A program made the translations under genes and the position numbers. Positions 1 to 10,717 of a stretch of DNA of 64,000 nt are shown here, piece after piece (the first letter of the stretch is position 1; the number at the start of each line of letters is the position of its first letter). Source of the stretch: Tetramitus jugosus. Its lineage: Eukaryota; Protista; Heterolobosea. The notes beneath the pieces were generated by a model. The model saw only the letters and a program-made list of their open reading frames with translations, was not told the DNA's origin and searched no databases. The stretch covers positions 62,001 through 126,000 of the forward strand of contig OW569381.1 of assembly GCA_937625935.1 (NCBI GenBank), in the 5' to 3' direction.

Positions 1-329
1 ATATGGAATTGGTTGTCAGAGAAGAGCTCATTCCCATTCTCGTCAATGTCCTGAGAGGATAGACCTTGTTGTTGCTTGTTTGCTAATGGCTTCTTCCTCA
101 CTGCAGAGTACGCACCAAGCAGAGCATTCCGTATCGTAGTTTTCTTTCCGACCGCGCCAGTTTTGGCGGAGTTTCGGGTTTCGCTCCCGACAAGTGAAGC
201 CGATTCAATATTGAGGAGTGCTTGGTCACGTTGCCTTTTGTTTGTAGTCTGATGATTGTCACTAAAGTCATTTGACTCGTTTTCATCTTCGTCGTTGTTG
301 TTACCAATGTGATCAAGCTTTCTTTTCAT
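1..329 (-). CDS. 5' part of a hypothetical protein, running off the window start
   Basis: Manual translation from ATG 329 is open to the window edge: MKRKLDHIGNNNDEDENESNDF...NELFSDNQFH. N-terminal KRK resembles an NLS. Not in the ORF track because there is no stop codon. Confidence 0.6.
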   Translation of the reverse strand, partial: MKRKLDHIGNNNDEDENESNDFSDNHQTTNKRQRDQALLNIESASLVGSETRNSAKTGAVGKKTTIRNALLGAYSAVRKKPLANKQQQGLSSQDIDENGNELFSDNQFH

Positions 330-437
330 ATCCCTTTTGAGTTCTTTTTTTTTGGGCAAGGATTGGATGGAAATTTTCAGACAAGGATGACATTTGAAGG
401 TCCATTTTTTATTATGCAAGCCAGAAGATGTGAGGTT

Positions 438-1940
438 TTAGTCTTGAGCGACAGAGTTCTCACTGTCCTCTGTGATCACCTCTTGTTGTTCTTGTTTGAT
501 AGACTTGTCCTTGCTGAGAATAAAACTACGGAAGTCATTTGCCAGGTACACTGTTCCATCCTGTGGAGTAAACACCTGCTCTGCTTCCATCTTCAACAGA
601 TCAACACTGTCGACTCTCTCCTTCTGGACGCCCTCCAGAGAGAAACGAGCAGAAAAGTGAGTGAGAATCAAGTTTTTGGCACCAATCTTCTTTGCAAAAG
701 AAGCAGCCATCGATGGACAACTGTGTCCTCTCTCTTCAGCCATACTCTGTTGACTATCGGAGAGTGTAGCCTCATGCGTAATAATATCACAGTCCTTTGC
801 AATGTGAGCGATAGGAGTCGGGTCGTGCGTATCACCCAAAACAACAATCTTTCTGCCCTTTTGAGGCTCTCCCAGTACTTGACTCGATTTCACAACCGTT
901 CCATCGTCCAGTGTCACATCTTGACCTGACTTGAGCTTGCTGAGCATGGGACCTCTTGGCACTCCCAATTGCTTTGCCTTTTCGAGATCCAACTTTCCCA
1001 CAGATTCCTGTTCTTCAATGACGTAACCCACAGTGAACACTCGATGATAAATGGGAGCAGCTCTAACAGAAACACCATCCTTGGAGTACACGTGATAACA
1101 CTGATTCTCTGCATCGTACGGTATTAATCCTCCATAGGCAACCATTGTGCCATCAATAGGTTCTCTACTATAATTGACACAATCACTCACAACATTAACA
1201 TTGTGATTACTATAGTGTTGGTCATTGTCCAATGATGAAAGAGTGGATGACAGATGAGGAGGAGCCATCTCAAATATACGAATCACAAAACTCGCATGAG
1301 AATCACTCAATTTCAAAGAACTGTGAACATAGTCATAGATGCCCACTGGTCCATAGATTTGAATCTCTGTTCTCGTTGGAGGATTATTGCCCGATAATGT
1401 ACATAGGAAACCAGGTAATCCAAACACGTGATCACCGTGCAAATGAGTAATGAAAATGGTTGAAATTTTTCCACTCTTCAAAGAACTTTTTCTGTATTGG
1501 TTCTGAGTGCCCTCACCACAGTCAAACATCAAGATGCTACCATCAGTGTCACCCAGTGATAAATTAATGTTGGATACGCTACGATCAAATGTGGGAACTC
1601 CACTACTTGTGCCTAAAAATGTAAGTTTCATGTCGTTGTTATGTTTTTTTCGAATAATGTTATATGTTAAAAAATCTGTTGTTGTTGGTTGTTGGAGATT
1701 TTCTAGCAGGGAAAGATTTTTTGATTTTAAAGCGACCGTTGTTGGTGTCGCGTAAATTGCGAAATTGTGTGTTCGATGAGGTGAGAACTTGTTTGTCCTT
1801 TGAGTGGCGTTCAAGATGGGACTTGAGTTCCTGGAAAAAGAGCGGAGTTTACAAGAGGCACGAGGATGCAAAAATGGGAGATGAGAGAAGAGGGTTGTTG
1901 TAGTTGACGGCCGAAGGTAGGTGTGATGGAGCAGTAGCAT
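438..1940 (-). CDS. RNZ: Ribonuclease Z (tRNase Z, short ELAC1/bacterial-type) with a ~100-aa N-terminal extension
   Basis: MKLTFLGTSSGVP, FDCGEGTQ, THLHGDH metallo-beta-lactamase motif, GVPRGP exosite, GDT, HEAT, HSCP and LTHFSARF motifs. Confidence 0.93.
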   Translation of the reverse strand: MLLLHHTYLRPSTTTTLFSHLPFLHPRASCKLRSFSRNSSPILNATQRTNKFSPHRTHNFAIYATPTTVALKSKNLSLLENLQQPTTTDFLTYNIIRKKHNNDMKLTFLGTSSGVPTFDRSVSNINLSLGDTDGSILMFDCGEGTQNQYRKSSLKSGKISTIFITHLHGDHVFGLPGFLCTLSGNNPPTRTEIQIYGPVGIYDYVHSSLKLSDSHASFVIRIFEMAPPHLSSTLSSLDNDQHYSNHNVNVVSDCVNYSREPIDGTMVAYGGLIPYDAENQCYHVYSKDGVSVRAAPIYHRVFTVGYVIEEQESVGKLDLEKAKQLGVPRGPMLSKLKSGQDVTLDDGTVVKSSQVLGEPQKGRKIVVLGDTHDPTPIAHIAKDCDIITHEATLSDSQQSMAEERGHSCPSMAASFAKKIGAKNLILTHFSARFSLEGVQKERVDSVDLLKMEAEQVFTPQDGTVYLANDFRSFILSKDKSIKQEQQEVITEDSENSVAQD

Positions 1941-2186
1941 GATGAGTGAATGTGTGTTGTAGTGATGGTGGTGACGTTGGTTTGTTTTTCACACTCGGGT
2001 GTCATCGCAGCAGATCAGAAAATGCAAATAATTCACCGATAAAAAATGGAAGCAGCAGTGGATTCGGTTGTATTCGTTATGTGGCCAATCTGGAAAATTC
2101 CACATCAGACAAGTCTTGCTGTTCTGTGGTACTATTGAGGTATGAATGGTTTATTGTGTTTCTTTGGGTGACTCCTTGTGCATTAA

Positions 2187-2732
2187 TCAGAATGGACCTT
2201 CATCCCAGTCAATCCATTGCATTTCTGCTTCAGTCTTGCCCTTTATCTGAACTTCGACTCTTTGATTTGCGTAGCGAATTCTATGCATTCGCATATGGTC
2301 GTATGCAAAAACATTGGGATGGTCTTCCGTGATGGCTTCAAAGACAGGACTAGTGTTTGTAAGTTCGTTATGCTTGCTCCTCCACCTTAACTTGCCACTC
2401 GCGAACCACCAATCGACTCTCCTTCCAGATGCATCTCCACACACATCACAATTAAAGCGGTAGCAGTGTTCTTCACGATTCATCACCACAAAGTGAGGAT
2501 AACCACGACCATACTTTTTGAGCACTTGTAAAATTATGGTGTATTTGATGTCGTCGTCCATTGTTGTGGTTGTCTCGATATCTTTTACTTTCTTTGGGAG
2601 CTCTGTGTCTTTTCCTTTGAGAGAGCAGTTATTCTCGTGAAGGAAGTGCATCTCTGTGAAGGAAGCTGTGGCTCGCTGAAATGAAAGCTTTTGTTGAACT
2701 TTCGCAGGATTGTTGATGCACCAGGTGCGCAA
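2187..2732 (-). CDS. Hypothetical protein
   Basis: 181-aa ORF filling an intergenic gap; no recognisable motif; start uncertain. Confidence 0.4.
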   Translation of the reverse strand: MRTWCINNPAKVQQKLSFQRATASFTEMHFLHENNCSLKGKDTELPKKVKDIETTTTMDDDIKYTIILQVLKKYGRGYPHFVVMNREEHCYRFNCDVCGDASGRRVDWWFASGKLRWRSKHNELTNTSPVFEAITEDHPNVFAYDHMRMHRIRYANQRVEVQIKGKTEAEMQWIDWDEGPF

Positions 2733-2944
2733 GTTCTCAGTACAACCAAATGTGGTGTTGTAAAAAGTGATATCCGTCGGTTAAAAAGTTGTTGTTTACA
2801 AATACAAAATAAATTGTTCATTCTTAGAGAGATTAATCAGTTGATTGATCAAGGGAAAGGACATGTCCCGTAAATGATCATTCCCACACGCACACACACA
2901 CCTATGCCAAGCAGTAGTAGCAGCAGTCAGTCAGTCATATCCAT

Positions 2945-3796
2945 TTATGAGTTCTTCTTGACAACCTTCTTAATATTTGCAATGATTGAATTGGCATCCA
3001 ACACCTTGATACCAAACGCTTCCAAAATACCTCTCAACACAATGGCCGTCACAGCCAACAACATTAAAATAATAATGATGAGAATAATGACCTTGGAGCA
3101 CACAATATTTCTATAAAAGCTTGCCATTTCCTTCTTTGCTCTCTTGAGACCACTTCCAATCTCATCAACCTCTGCTTGAATAATGTGAAGCTTCTCTGTT
3201 TGTTCCTTGAGTCTTGCTGCAGCTTTTTGACCAATCTGTATCGTTTCTTCGTTCAATCCAACCAACTCTTCTAGCTTATCTAGATTTTTCTGTTGTAGAT
3301 CGATCACCTCTTGTGTATGCTTGTCAAATGTTTGAACTTGAACTTGATTGCCATCAGTAGCCTCCTCTGCTTTTCTGTCTCTTCTCTTCTTCTTTTTGCC
3401 GTTGCCATCCTTGTCCGCACCATCTTTTTTCTTGTCGTTCAACAGTTCATTTCTTGCGCTCTCACCCGTAGATTTTCCCGATTTGGCGCTCTCGAAATCT
3501 TTCTTGTACTTGTTGAATTTTTTTTTCATGCGCTCAAAGTCGTCCGTATATTGACGCTTTTCGGACGCGTCCGCCTGGTTGAGAGAACTCTGGAAGAGGT
3601 TCATTGTTTCTTGAGTGTTGTTCAACACTTTTTCAGCCTCCTTTTGTTTACTTGACTTTTCAGATGTCTTGGCATTTTTTAGATCGTTAATTCTCCGATT
3701 GAGTTTCTTCAGTTGAGAACGGAGATCGTCAAAGTAGTAGGCTAGGCCTTCACCTCCATCTTGGAGAAAGTCATCATCGGTTGGGTGTGGTGTCAT
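2945..3796 (-). CDS. Qb-SNARE, NPSN/Vti1-like
   Basis: N-terminal helical bundle, SNARE heptads (EETIQIGQKAAARLKEQTEKL...LKRAKKEM) and C-terminal TM anchor. Confidence 0.8.
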   Translation of the reverse strand: MTPHPTDDDFLQDGGEGLAYYFDDLRSQLKKLNRRINDLKNAKTSEKSSKQKEAEKVLNNTQETMNLFQSSLNQADASEKRQYTDDFERMKKKFNKYKKDFESAKSGKSTGESARNELLNDKKKDGADKDGNGKKKKRRDRKAEEATDGNQVQVQTFDKHTQEVIDLQQKNLDKLEELVGLNEETIQIGQKAAARLKEQTEKLHIIQAEVDEIGSGLKRAKKEMASFYRNIVCSKVIILIIIILMLLAVTAIVLRGILEAFGIKVLDANSIIANIKKVVKKNS

Positions 3797-4043
3797 TGTG
3801 ATGTTTTATGATATAATAATTATTATTGTTATTATTATGCCTGTTGTTTGTTGGTGCTTGTTGTTGGATTTTTTGTTCGAACGAGGCACAATTTTTTTTT
3901 GACCGACGAGTCAAACGTTGGATTCGTCGGGATATTGGGATGCGGAATCTGGAAATGAATTTGGAGGTTTCCAATGGAACGACCGGCCAAAAAGTTTACG
4001 AAGAAAAGGAGATGAGTGTCCTTTTCGTCTTACGGCTCTCAGC

Positions 4044-7000
4044 TCAGTTCTTTCTCATAAAGGTTCGGACATTGAGTAAAAACTTTTCCAAATTCTCCAA
4101 GAATTTCTTCTCGTTTGCTCTGGATGTTTTCTCTTGTGGATTCACACCCTCGAACAATAGTCCAAATGCTGACAACAGTCTCTGCTGCTTCTCTGGAGAA
4201 CCATTCTCTCCTTGAACCAGCTTGTTCACCATTTGTCTGTACTTCTCCTCGTCCCAGAGGATCAGAGGCAATAGAGCCTCGGCAGCTGCTTCCACCATGT
4301 CATCGCTGAAAGCTTCGAACAAGAGCAGTGAAAATACATTCTCGAGCAAAAAGGAGACAAAGTTTGGATTTTGCAGTTCCTGCTGTCTAAATGTCTCTCT
4401 GTTCTGTTGCACGTTACGGATGCACATTGACCTGAGAGCGTCGAAACTTAATCTACAAATCTTTGCCTTGTGATGCTTAATACCGAAAACAATAGAGGAT
4501 ACAAGCTGTTGGAACAAATTAGGTGGCAATTGGGCAGCCTTTTCCGGATACATCTCAAACATAAATGTAACCAATGTAAAGTATTGCAGGCAAAGCTTTG
4601 GGAATTGAAGCATCTCTTGCGTGATCAGTGGCAATATTAGATTCAATCCCTGGAAAACAACCATCGAAATGTCCAACAAATCAGGATCATTGGTCTGATC
4701 TGGTCCTGCAAAGTCCAAAAAGTCCTTTGAGACAACATGTGTTCCAATGCTAATCAATGTCAACACATCTTGGAATTGTTCTTCTTCAGCATTGGAGCCC
4801 AAAACGCCCGTAAATGTTCTACCAGCATTATATTTTCTGTATGTTTCCATGATAGCCAAGCAGGCATGGCACAGATGCTTACTCTCTGCAATTGATAAGT
4901 GGACAAGCTGATTCTTGACACATTCTTCAAAGAACGAGAGAACTACATTCACAACATTGGAATGATTGTGATACTTGTCAGTTAGAGCTGCTAATTTCTC
5001 GAACAGTTGATTAGAGGTGAAGAAGGAGAATAGGAATTTCACATTCGAGTGGGATGATGCCTTGACAATACCAATAAACTTCTCCAAACAGTATGATACC
5101 TGAGCAATGGCAGGCGCAGACTGGAATAAGGTAGCAAATTGTGGGTTATCAACAATAGATAAAAATTGATTTCTCAGTGGAGTCAACAATTGCGTCAGAT
5201 AGTTGAGCAAATCTTGTTCGTTCAATCCATGTGTTCCACCAACAATCAAACATTGCAACATGATGGCCTTCACTGAATCTTGTTGATTTCCGAGAGTTGA
5301 AAAAGTGTCCTTGTCAGCATTCATTAGTTGTTTCCATGCATCTAATGAGAGCAAGCCTCGGCAAGCTTCCTTGTTTTTCACCAATGTGCTCAATAGAGCG
5401 CATGTGTCTGATGCCAGATCGGCTTCTCCTTGCCACTTGAAGAGATTGAGCATGATTTTGTTAAGTAAGAAGGCAACAAGTTGTTTACCACTCTCTGATC
5501 CATACTTTTGACTCAACGCAGGGCTAAAGTTTGAATAAAAGGTGGTATTTGGCATCAGGTAAGATTTTGACCATCGATTCAATAACCACATGAGTCTTTG
5601 GCCCATGTATGGACTCAACTTGTCTGTTTGTCCATTTGTTATGTACATTGACTCGAATTCAACATATTTGAAGATACTGTCCATGAGTTCAAACAGAATT
5701 TGACCATTTGGTGCTTGCGTCACTTGATTAATCGAGTTAGGAATCACAGGTGTCTCACCTTCATCGTCATCAGCCAAAACAAAACCAATCAATTGCAAGA
5801 TCGTATCCAAATCATTCCACAATGAATCAGACTGCGAGCCATTCGAACCCAACACTTGCGGCAATACGTTTAATCGCTCTAACAATCTCGCCTTCAACAA
5901 ACTCAATGTCTGAACAGGGTCCTGTCTCGCCAACACACCCAGAGAAGTCAATTGCTCCTCTAATCTTTGACTGTCGTCTTCTTCATCCTCATAATCATCA
6001 TCATCACTGCTGGCATTGGAAGTATTTGTGCCAAACTTGAGTCGTGATTCTAAATAAGCAGAGAAAATGGCAGTAGAGCAGTTTCTGAGCAGAGACACAG
6101 CATTCTGAGGAATAGTGCCTGCTGACACTTCGAGCGCAAGCACCAAAAGAGACCAAGAATCGAGCAAGTGCTCCAACGCATCAAAGAACCACTCATCATA
6201 ACTGTTGGCACTCAATCGTGTCACTTGAATAGTAGCGGCAGATAAATTGTTCATGATTTCGGCACATGACGGAACTTGCACAAACATATCGAGTCCAAAA
6301 TTACCCACAATTCTGAAGATACACAGTGCCAAGTGATAAATCTCGTGACCAGCAGTGTTCGATGCACCGGACAATGGCTGTTGCAAGAGACTGAAGATTC
6401 CGTTCATGATATGTGGAATGAACTGCAGACGTGACGAGTCATCAAAGAAGCATCTCTGAGACACAGAGCACAGCTGAACCAGTGATTGCAAAGTCAAGTG
6501 CGGCATCAACCGATCAGAGCGGAACTTTCCATGCAATTGAATGACTGTTGTAACCAACTCGGGATTCGTCAACACTCGTCTCCAATACTCGTTCGATGTG
6601 ACAATAATCGCAGGCAAGTCTTTTTTGCTCGGTTTTGCAGATGCGCGTCTGAGGACACTCCTGAGATCAAATGGCGAAAAATCCCAAGTCAAAATTTCGT
6701 TCAACAATTTGAATGCGGCATTTGCAATCGTCGGTACACTTGCTGCATCACTCAATCGCTGATCTCTCACATCATTTAACACTGTGATTGCAAATTGGAA
6801 GCACTGTGGCAACAAATCCTTTTGAAATGCGACTCGACATCTCTCATGAAACTCCCAGGATTGTCCAATTTTGGTCGTACGGTTCATTTGACCTGAAAAC
6901 TCTGAAACAAGTGTGCACAAAATATTCATTCCGACCAATCGAACCGATAAATCATTGGATTGGAGCAGTTGTGTAATGGTTTCGAGTGCACTTGACTTGA

Positions 7001-7510
7001 TTTGAACACTCTTTGGCTCTAACCACGACAGTTTGAGCATCATGGCATAACAGGCCAACAATTGTCCTCTAATCTGATTCTGCAAGTTGGTACTGAGAGA
7101 ACACAAGACAAACGTTTTCAATCACATTGCAAAAAAAAACATTGAAAATGTCAGATACAGCAATTCATCATGACAAAAAACAACATCAACGATCATACGC
7201 AATAAATAACATACCCCTGATTCATGACATATTGAATAATATAAACAGTCAAATTGTACTTGACATCTTCTGGTAGAATGACCCATTCTCTCGTGACAGC
7301 TTTACGCAAGATATTGGCAGCATGAAATCGATGTAATTGAGAAGTACATTTTTCGAGTGCAGTCGTACAGAATTCATAGGGTTGATTCGATGCTTCAATC
7401 GACTGCAAAAAATTTTCAGATTCGATGCGATGAGCTCCACCAAGATTGTTGCATGCTTGTTCAAATTTGGCCAACAATTCCTGTGTTGATGTTGTTGATG
7501 TGGTGTTCAT
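4044..7510 (-). CDS. XPO4: Exportin-4-like karyopherin; 2 exons (7510-7215, 7092-4044)
   Basis: Importin-beta-type N-terminus in the 7193-7510 ORF joins the 1025-aa ORF in frame via intron 7214-7093 (GTATGT...CTCAG), giving YVMNQG-TNLQNQIRGQLL. GFVLADDDEGETPVIP and LQFPKLCLQYF match XPO4 segments. Confidence 0.85.
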
Positions 7511-7695
7511 CCTTTTGCTTTTTTCTTATTGTTGTTGATTTTTTTTAGTTAGAGGATTTTTGGGACAAGTTCAATCAAAAATTTGACCTTGGAATTTTGG
7601 CGCCAATGCGCGTGTTGTATTTACGGAATTTCGAAGTGAAAAATGTCCGCATCAACAACAACAAAGAAGAGCACACAACAAAACGCGCAACAAAA

Positions 7696-10680
7696 ATGAG
7701 TGGAAACGATGTAGATGCATTCTTTGCTGATATGCTCGCCGAAGAAAACAAAAAGATACGTCACGTACTATCCACATTGGACGAAAAGCAGAAAAAACGT
7801 CAAAAGCTTGAAAAAACTTCTTCTCCTCACAACAATAATAACAATAACAACAATGAACCTCTCATTTCACAACCATCAAAATCATCATCATCATCATCAC
7901 AACAACATCATCAACAACATCATCAACAACATCAGTATCAAATGAATGGTACTCCACTTGATTTACTTCAGAGTATGCAGAGAGACATCAATGCTCTTAC
8001 AAGTCATGATCGATCCACTCGTCTTCAAAGCTTTCAACGCTTAAACAGTGCTATTCTCAATCAAAATACAAGTAATCAAACAAGAGTATTCTTGTTACCT
8101 CACATGATTCATCAATTGTTGAAATGTATGAGCAATGATAGTGTTGAATCATGTAGAGAACAATCCGCTTCTCTATTGCTTCACTTGTTGTCATCCATTG
8201 ATACCAACAATAATACTCCGACTAGTAGCGGTGGTGAAATGAGTGATGAATGGCTCAGTTTCTTGATTCCTGTTTTGGATTCAAGATTAAACGATAAAAA
8301 GAAGAGTAAGAATAGTCATATGGAAGGTGATTTGAATTATCATAGTGAGGAAAGTGCGAATTCAACTAGTGCTGCTGCTTCTGTTGTTGTTATTGAACCG
8401 AGTGAGGAAGTGAGATTGATTTTGGCAAAAATTTTGACAACTGTGGTTGAAAAATGTGCAAATCGTGCAGGTGATCTATTGTTGAACTATTTGGACACAA
8501 TCAGTGAGGTTATAAAGAAGGGATACGATGATTTCCACAATATTAAGGTCGAGATGTGCAAGTGTACGGTGCTATTGTGTCAATTGTTGCCTCAAAAGTT
8601 GGTCAGTTTGTTCTCTCCTGCTCTGGTGACTCATTTGAAGCCATGTTTGAGTCATCAACGATCTCTTGTGAGAGAGAATAGTGTACGGGCACTCAACGAA
8701 CTCGTCATGAATGGTGCACATGATTCTATTGAAGAATTGTTCAAGGATGGTGTATTGAGACAATTGATTGTTGATCATTCGTCCAGTGTTCGTCGTCTCA
8801 TGATGGAAACAGTTCAAAATTGGGCGATTAATCTCTCTGATCGTTGGTCCTATCAGTTCCAATTGGTATACATTGTTTGTGTAGCAATGACTGATGAGAT
8901 ACAGAGTATACAGCTTCTGGCAAAGGAGACATTGGATATATTGGGCAAAATGCACGAACAAGACAACGAACAAGAGGTGAATGATATCAAGGTGTATGAC
9001 ACTGACTATCAATTGCGACACTATGCCAATATTCCATTGCCCGAGCCTTATCACGAACGACCAGAACTAGGTTGTCGTATGATCATCTCGAAACACGCCA
9101 AAAAAATTATTGAAACAATTCTAGAAGAGATGAAGGATTGGAATATTCCAAAGCGAATGGTGGCTGTTCGAACGTTACAGAGAGTTATTATTCTCTGTGA
9201 ATCGAGCATTACTCAACACTTGCACCGTCTTGTGCACGAGTTCTTCAGTGCCAGTGACGAAGATGAATTAGATATATTGAGACAGGTACACACTGCAGTG
9301 CAATTGACTGGATATTTTGTTGAGCCAGAGACTTATATTCCTATTGTTTGGTCCTTTATGAAATCAGAGTACGCCACGTCTCCTGTGCTAGTTTCCAATG
9401 TTTTGAAAGTGTTTGCTCGTTTGTTGCAAGGCACCAACCCAAATACTATTAACTGGCAAGTATTGATCGAGGGTATCATGTCCAAGCTCTCATCATGCAA
9501 TTTCTTGATTTATGGAGATTCGAACATGATGAAACAAGCATGCCTCGAAGTGGTACAAGCACTGTTGAAATGCTCTAAAGAAAATGGAATCGCACTGAAC
9601 AACGATGTTAGCTTGCCTTTGTTTGTATTCATTGTGCGACTGTGTGCCCAGAGAGGAGTACCAAAGGAAATTGCTGAATTGGGTGTTCAATGCCTTGATC
9701 AAGTACGAGCACTGAAGAATTTATCGAACATGGCTGAACTATACTCGGTGCATTTCGAGCGAGCATTGGATGAAATCACGCGAGATGTTGCATCCTGGGA
9801 TAAAACATCCCCTAACTTGTATAGCTTCGAGGCACTAATCAAGCATGGACCTCATGCAGCTGCCAAGCATTTGGATGCTGTGTTGAGTGTCTTTAGTCGA
9901 CACATAGTAGATGATGCCAGAGATCTAACAGTTGTATTAGTGCTGTTTGCTGGTATGAATGGGCTGTTGTCTAACATTGCTTCCTCTATTTCTCGGACTC
10001 ACATTGACCGCCTCGTTCGTCTCATTGGTCCAAATTTGATATGGAAGATTGGTCCGATGAAAGCTCACATTCGTAAGGCAGCTGTAGCCTGCTTTAGTTG
10101 CATTTTGCGTCAAAAAGCAATTGCCAGCGATGATGTGCAGCTACTTCGATATATTTCCAGTGACATGTTGACTCATTTGAGATCGTGCTTGGATTCAGAC
10201 GAAGATATGGAAACCCGTGTTATTACTGTCAAATTGTTTGAAGATCTCATTCCTCTGATTCATCAGAACTTGGTCGATGAACAATGGGAAGCAATCACAA
10301 AGGACTTTACGGATCGACAATTAGAGGAAGGAATCGAAATATTGAGTAGTGACTCTGTCAAAGTGTTATTCCAGATCATTCTGCTCGTGCCGTGCGATGG
10401 AGATGTCCAAAGGGAGAAGTCAATCGTTGAGCTCATTGTGAATGCACTTGTTTTGCATCTTGACACTCCAAATACGAAAATCCGGACAAGCATTTATCAA
10501 TGTCTATCCAGCATACTCCAACGAGCTTGTGCTGAGCAGTCTTCGCCAACATCAATCTACGCAGCAAAGAGCGAATGGATACTGGATGCCTTTAGAAACA
10601 AAGCAGACAAAACAAAGAAAGTTGTAAGAGACTGCGGAGTTGAATTGTCACAGTTGTGTGCAATGATTGACAATAGATAG
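7696..10680 (+). CDS. DNAAF5: Dynein axonemal assembly factor 5 (HEATR2)-like HEAT protein
   Basis: HEAT repeats with EPSEEVRL, HQRSLVR, ERPELGCR and WKIG..AHIRKAA segments; first suitable ATG at 7696. Confidence 0.75.
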   Translation: MSGNDVDAFFADMLAEENKKIRHVLSTLDEKQKKRQKLEKTSSPHNNNNNNNNEPLISQPSKSSSSSSQQHHQQHHQQHQYQMNGTPLDLLQSMQRDINALTSHDRSTRLQSFQRLNSAILNQNTSNQTRVFLLPHMIHQLLKCMSNDSVESCREQSASLLLHLLSSIDTNNNTPTSSGGEMSDEWLSFLIPVLDSRLNDKKKSKNSHMEGDLNYHSEESANSTSAAASVVVIEPSEEVRLILAKILTTVVEKCANRAGDLLLNYLDTISEVIKKGYDDFHNIKVEMCKCTVLLCQLLPQKLVSLFSPALVTHLKPCLSHQRSLVRENSVRALNELVMNGAHDSIEELFKDGVLRQLIVDHSSSVRRLMMETVQNWAINLSDRWSYQFQLVYIVCVAMTDEIQSIQLLAKETLDILGKMHEQDNEQEVNDIKVYDTDYQLRHYANIPLPEPYHERPELGCRMIISKHAKKIIETILEEMKDWNIPKRMVAVRTLQRVIILCESSITQHLHRLVHEFFSASDEDELDILRQVHTAVQLTGYFVEPETYIPIVWSFMKSEYATSPVLVSNVLKVFARLLQGTNPNTINWQVLIEGIMSKLSSCNFLIYGDSNMMKQACLEVVQALLKCSKENGIALNNDVSLPLFVFIVRLCAQRGVPKEIAELGVQCLDQVRALKNLSNMAELYSVHFERALDEITRDVASWDKTSPNLYSFEALIKHGPHAAAKHLDAVLSVFSRHIVDDARDLTVVLVLFAGMNGLLSNIASSISRTHIDRLVRLIGPNLIWKIGPMKAHIRKAAVACFSCILRQKAIASDDVQLLRYISSDMLTHLRSCLDSDEDMETRVITVKLFEDLIPLIHQNLVDEQWEAITKDFTDRQLEEGIEILSSDSVKVLFQIILLVPCDGDVQREKSIVELIVNALVLHLDTPNTKIRTSIYQCLSSILQRACAEQSSPTSIYAAKSEWILDAFRNKADKTKKVVRDCGVELSQLCAMIDNR

Positions 10681-10717
10681 AAGATTTTGTGCAATTATCA
10701 TAAGTGTATTCTGTATT

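Noticed and set aside
309-929. 206-aa + strand ORF, and similar shadow ORFs such as 31446-31991, 36830-37369 and 43826-44398
   Set aside because: Antisense to well-supported genes and without motifs.
438-1940. Functional link between RNase Z and the tRNA/retroelement loci
   Set aside because: More than 23 kb away with many unrelated genes in between; no evidence beyond co-occurrence.
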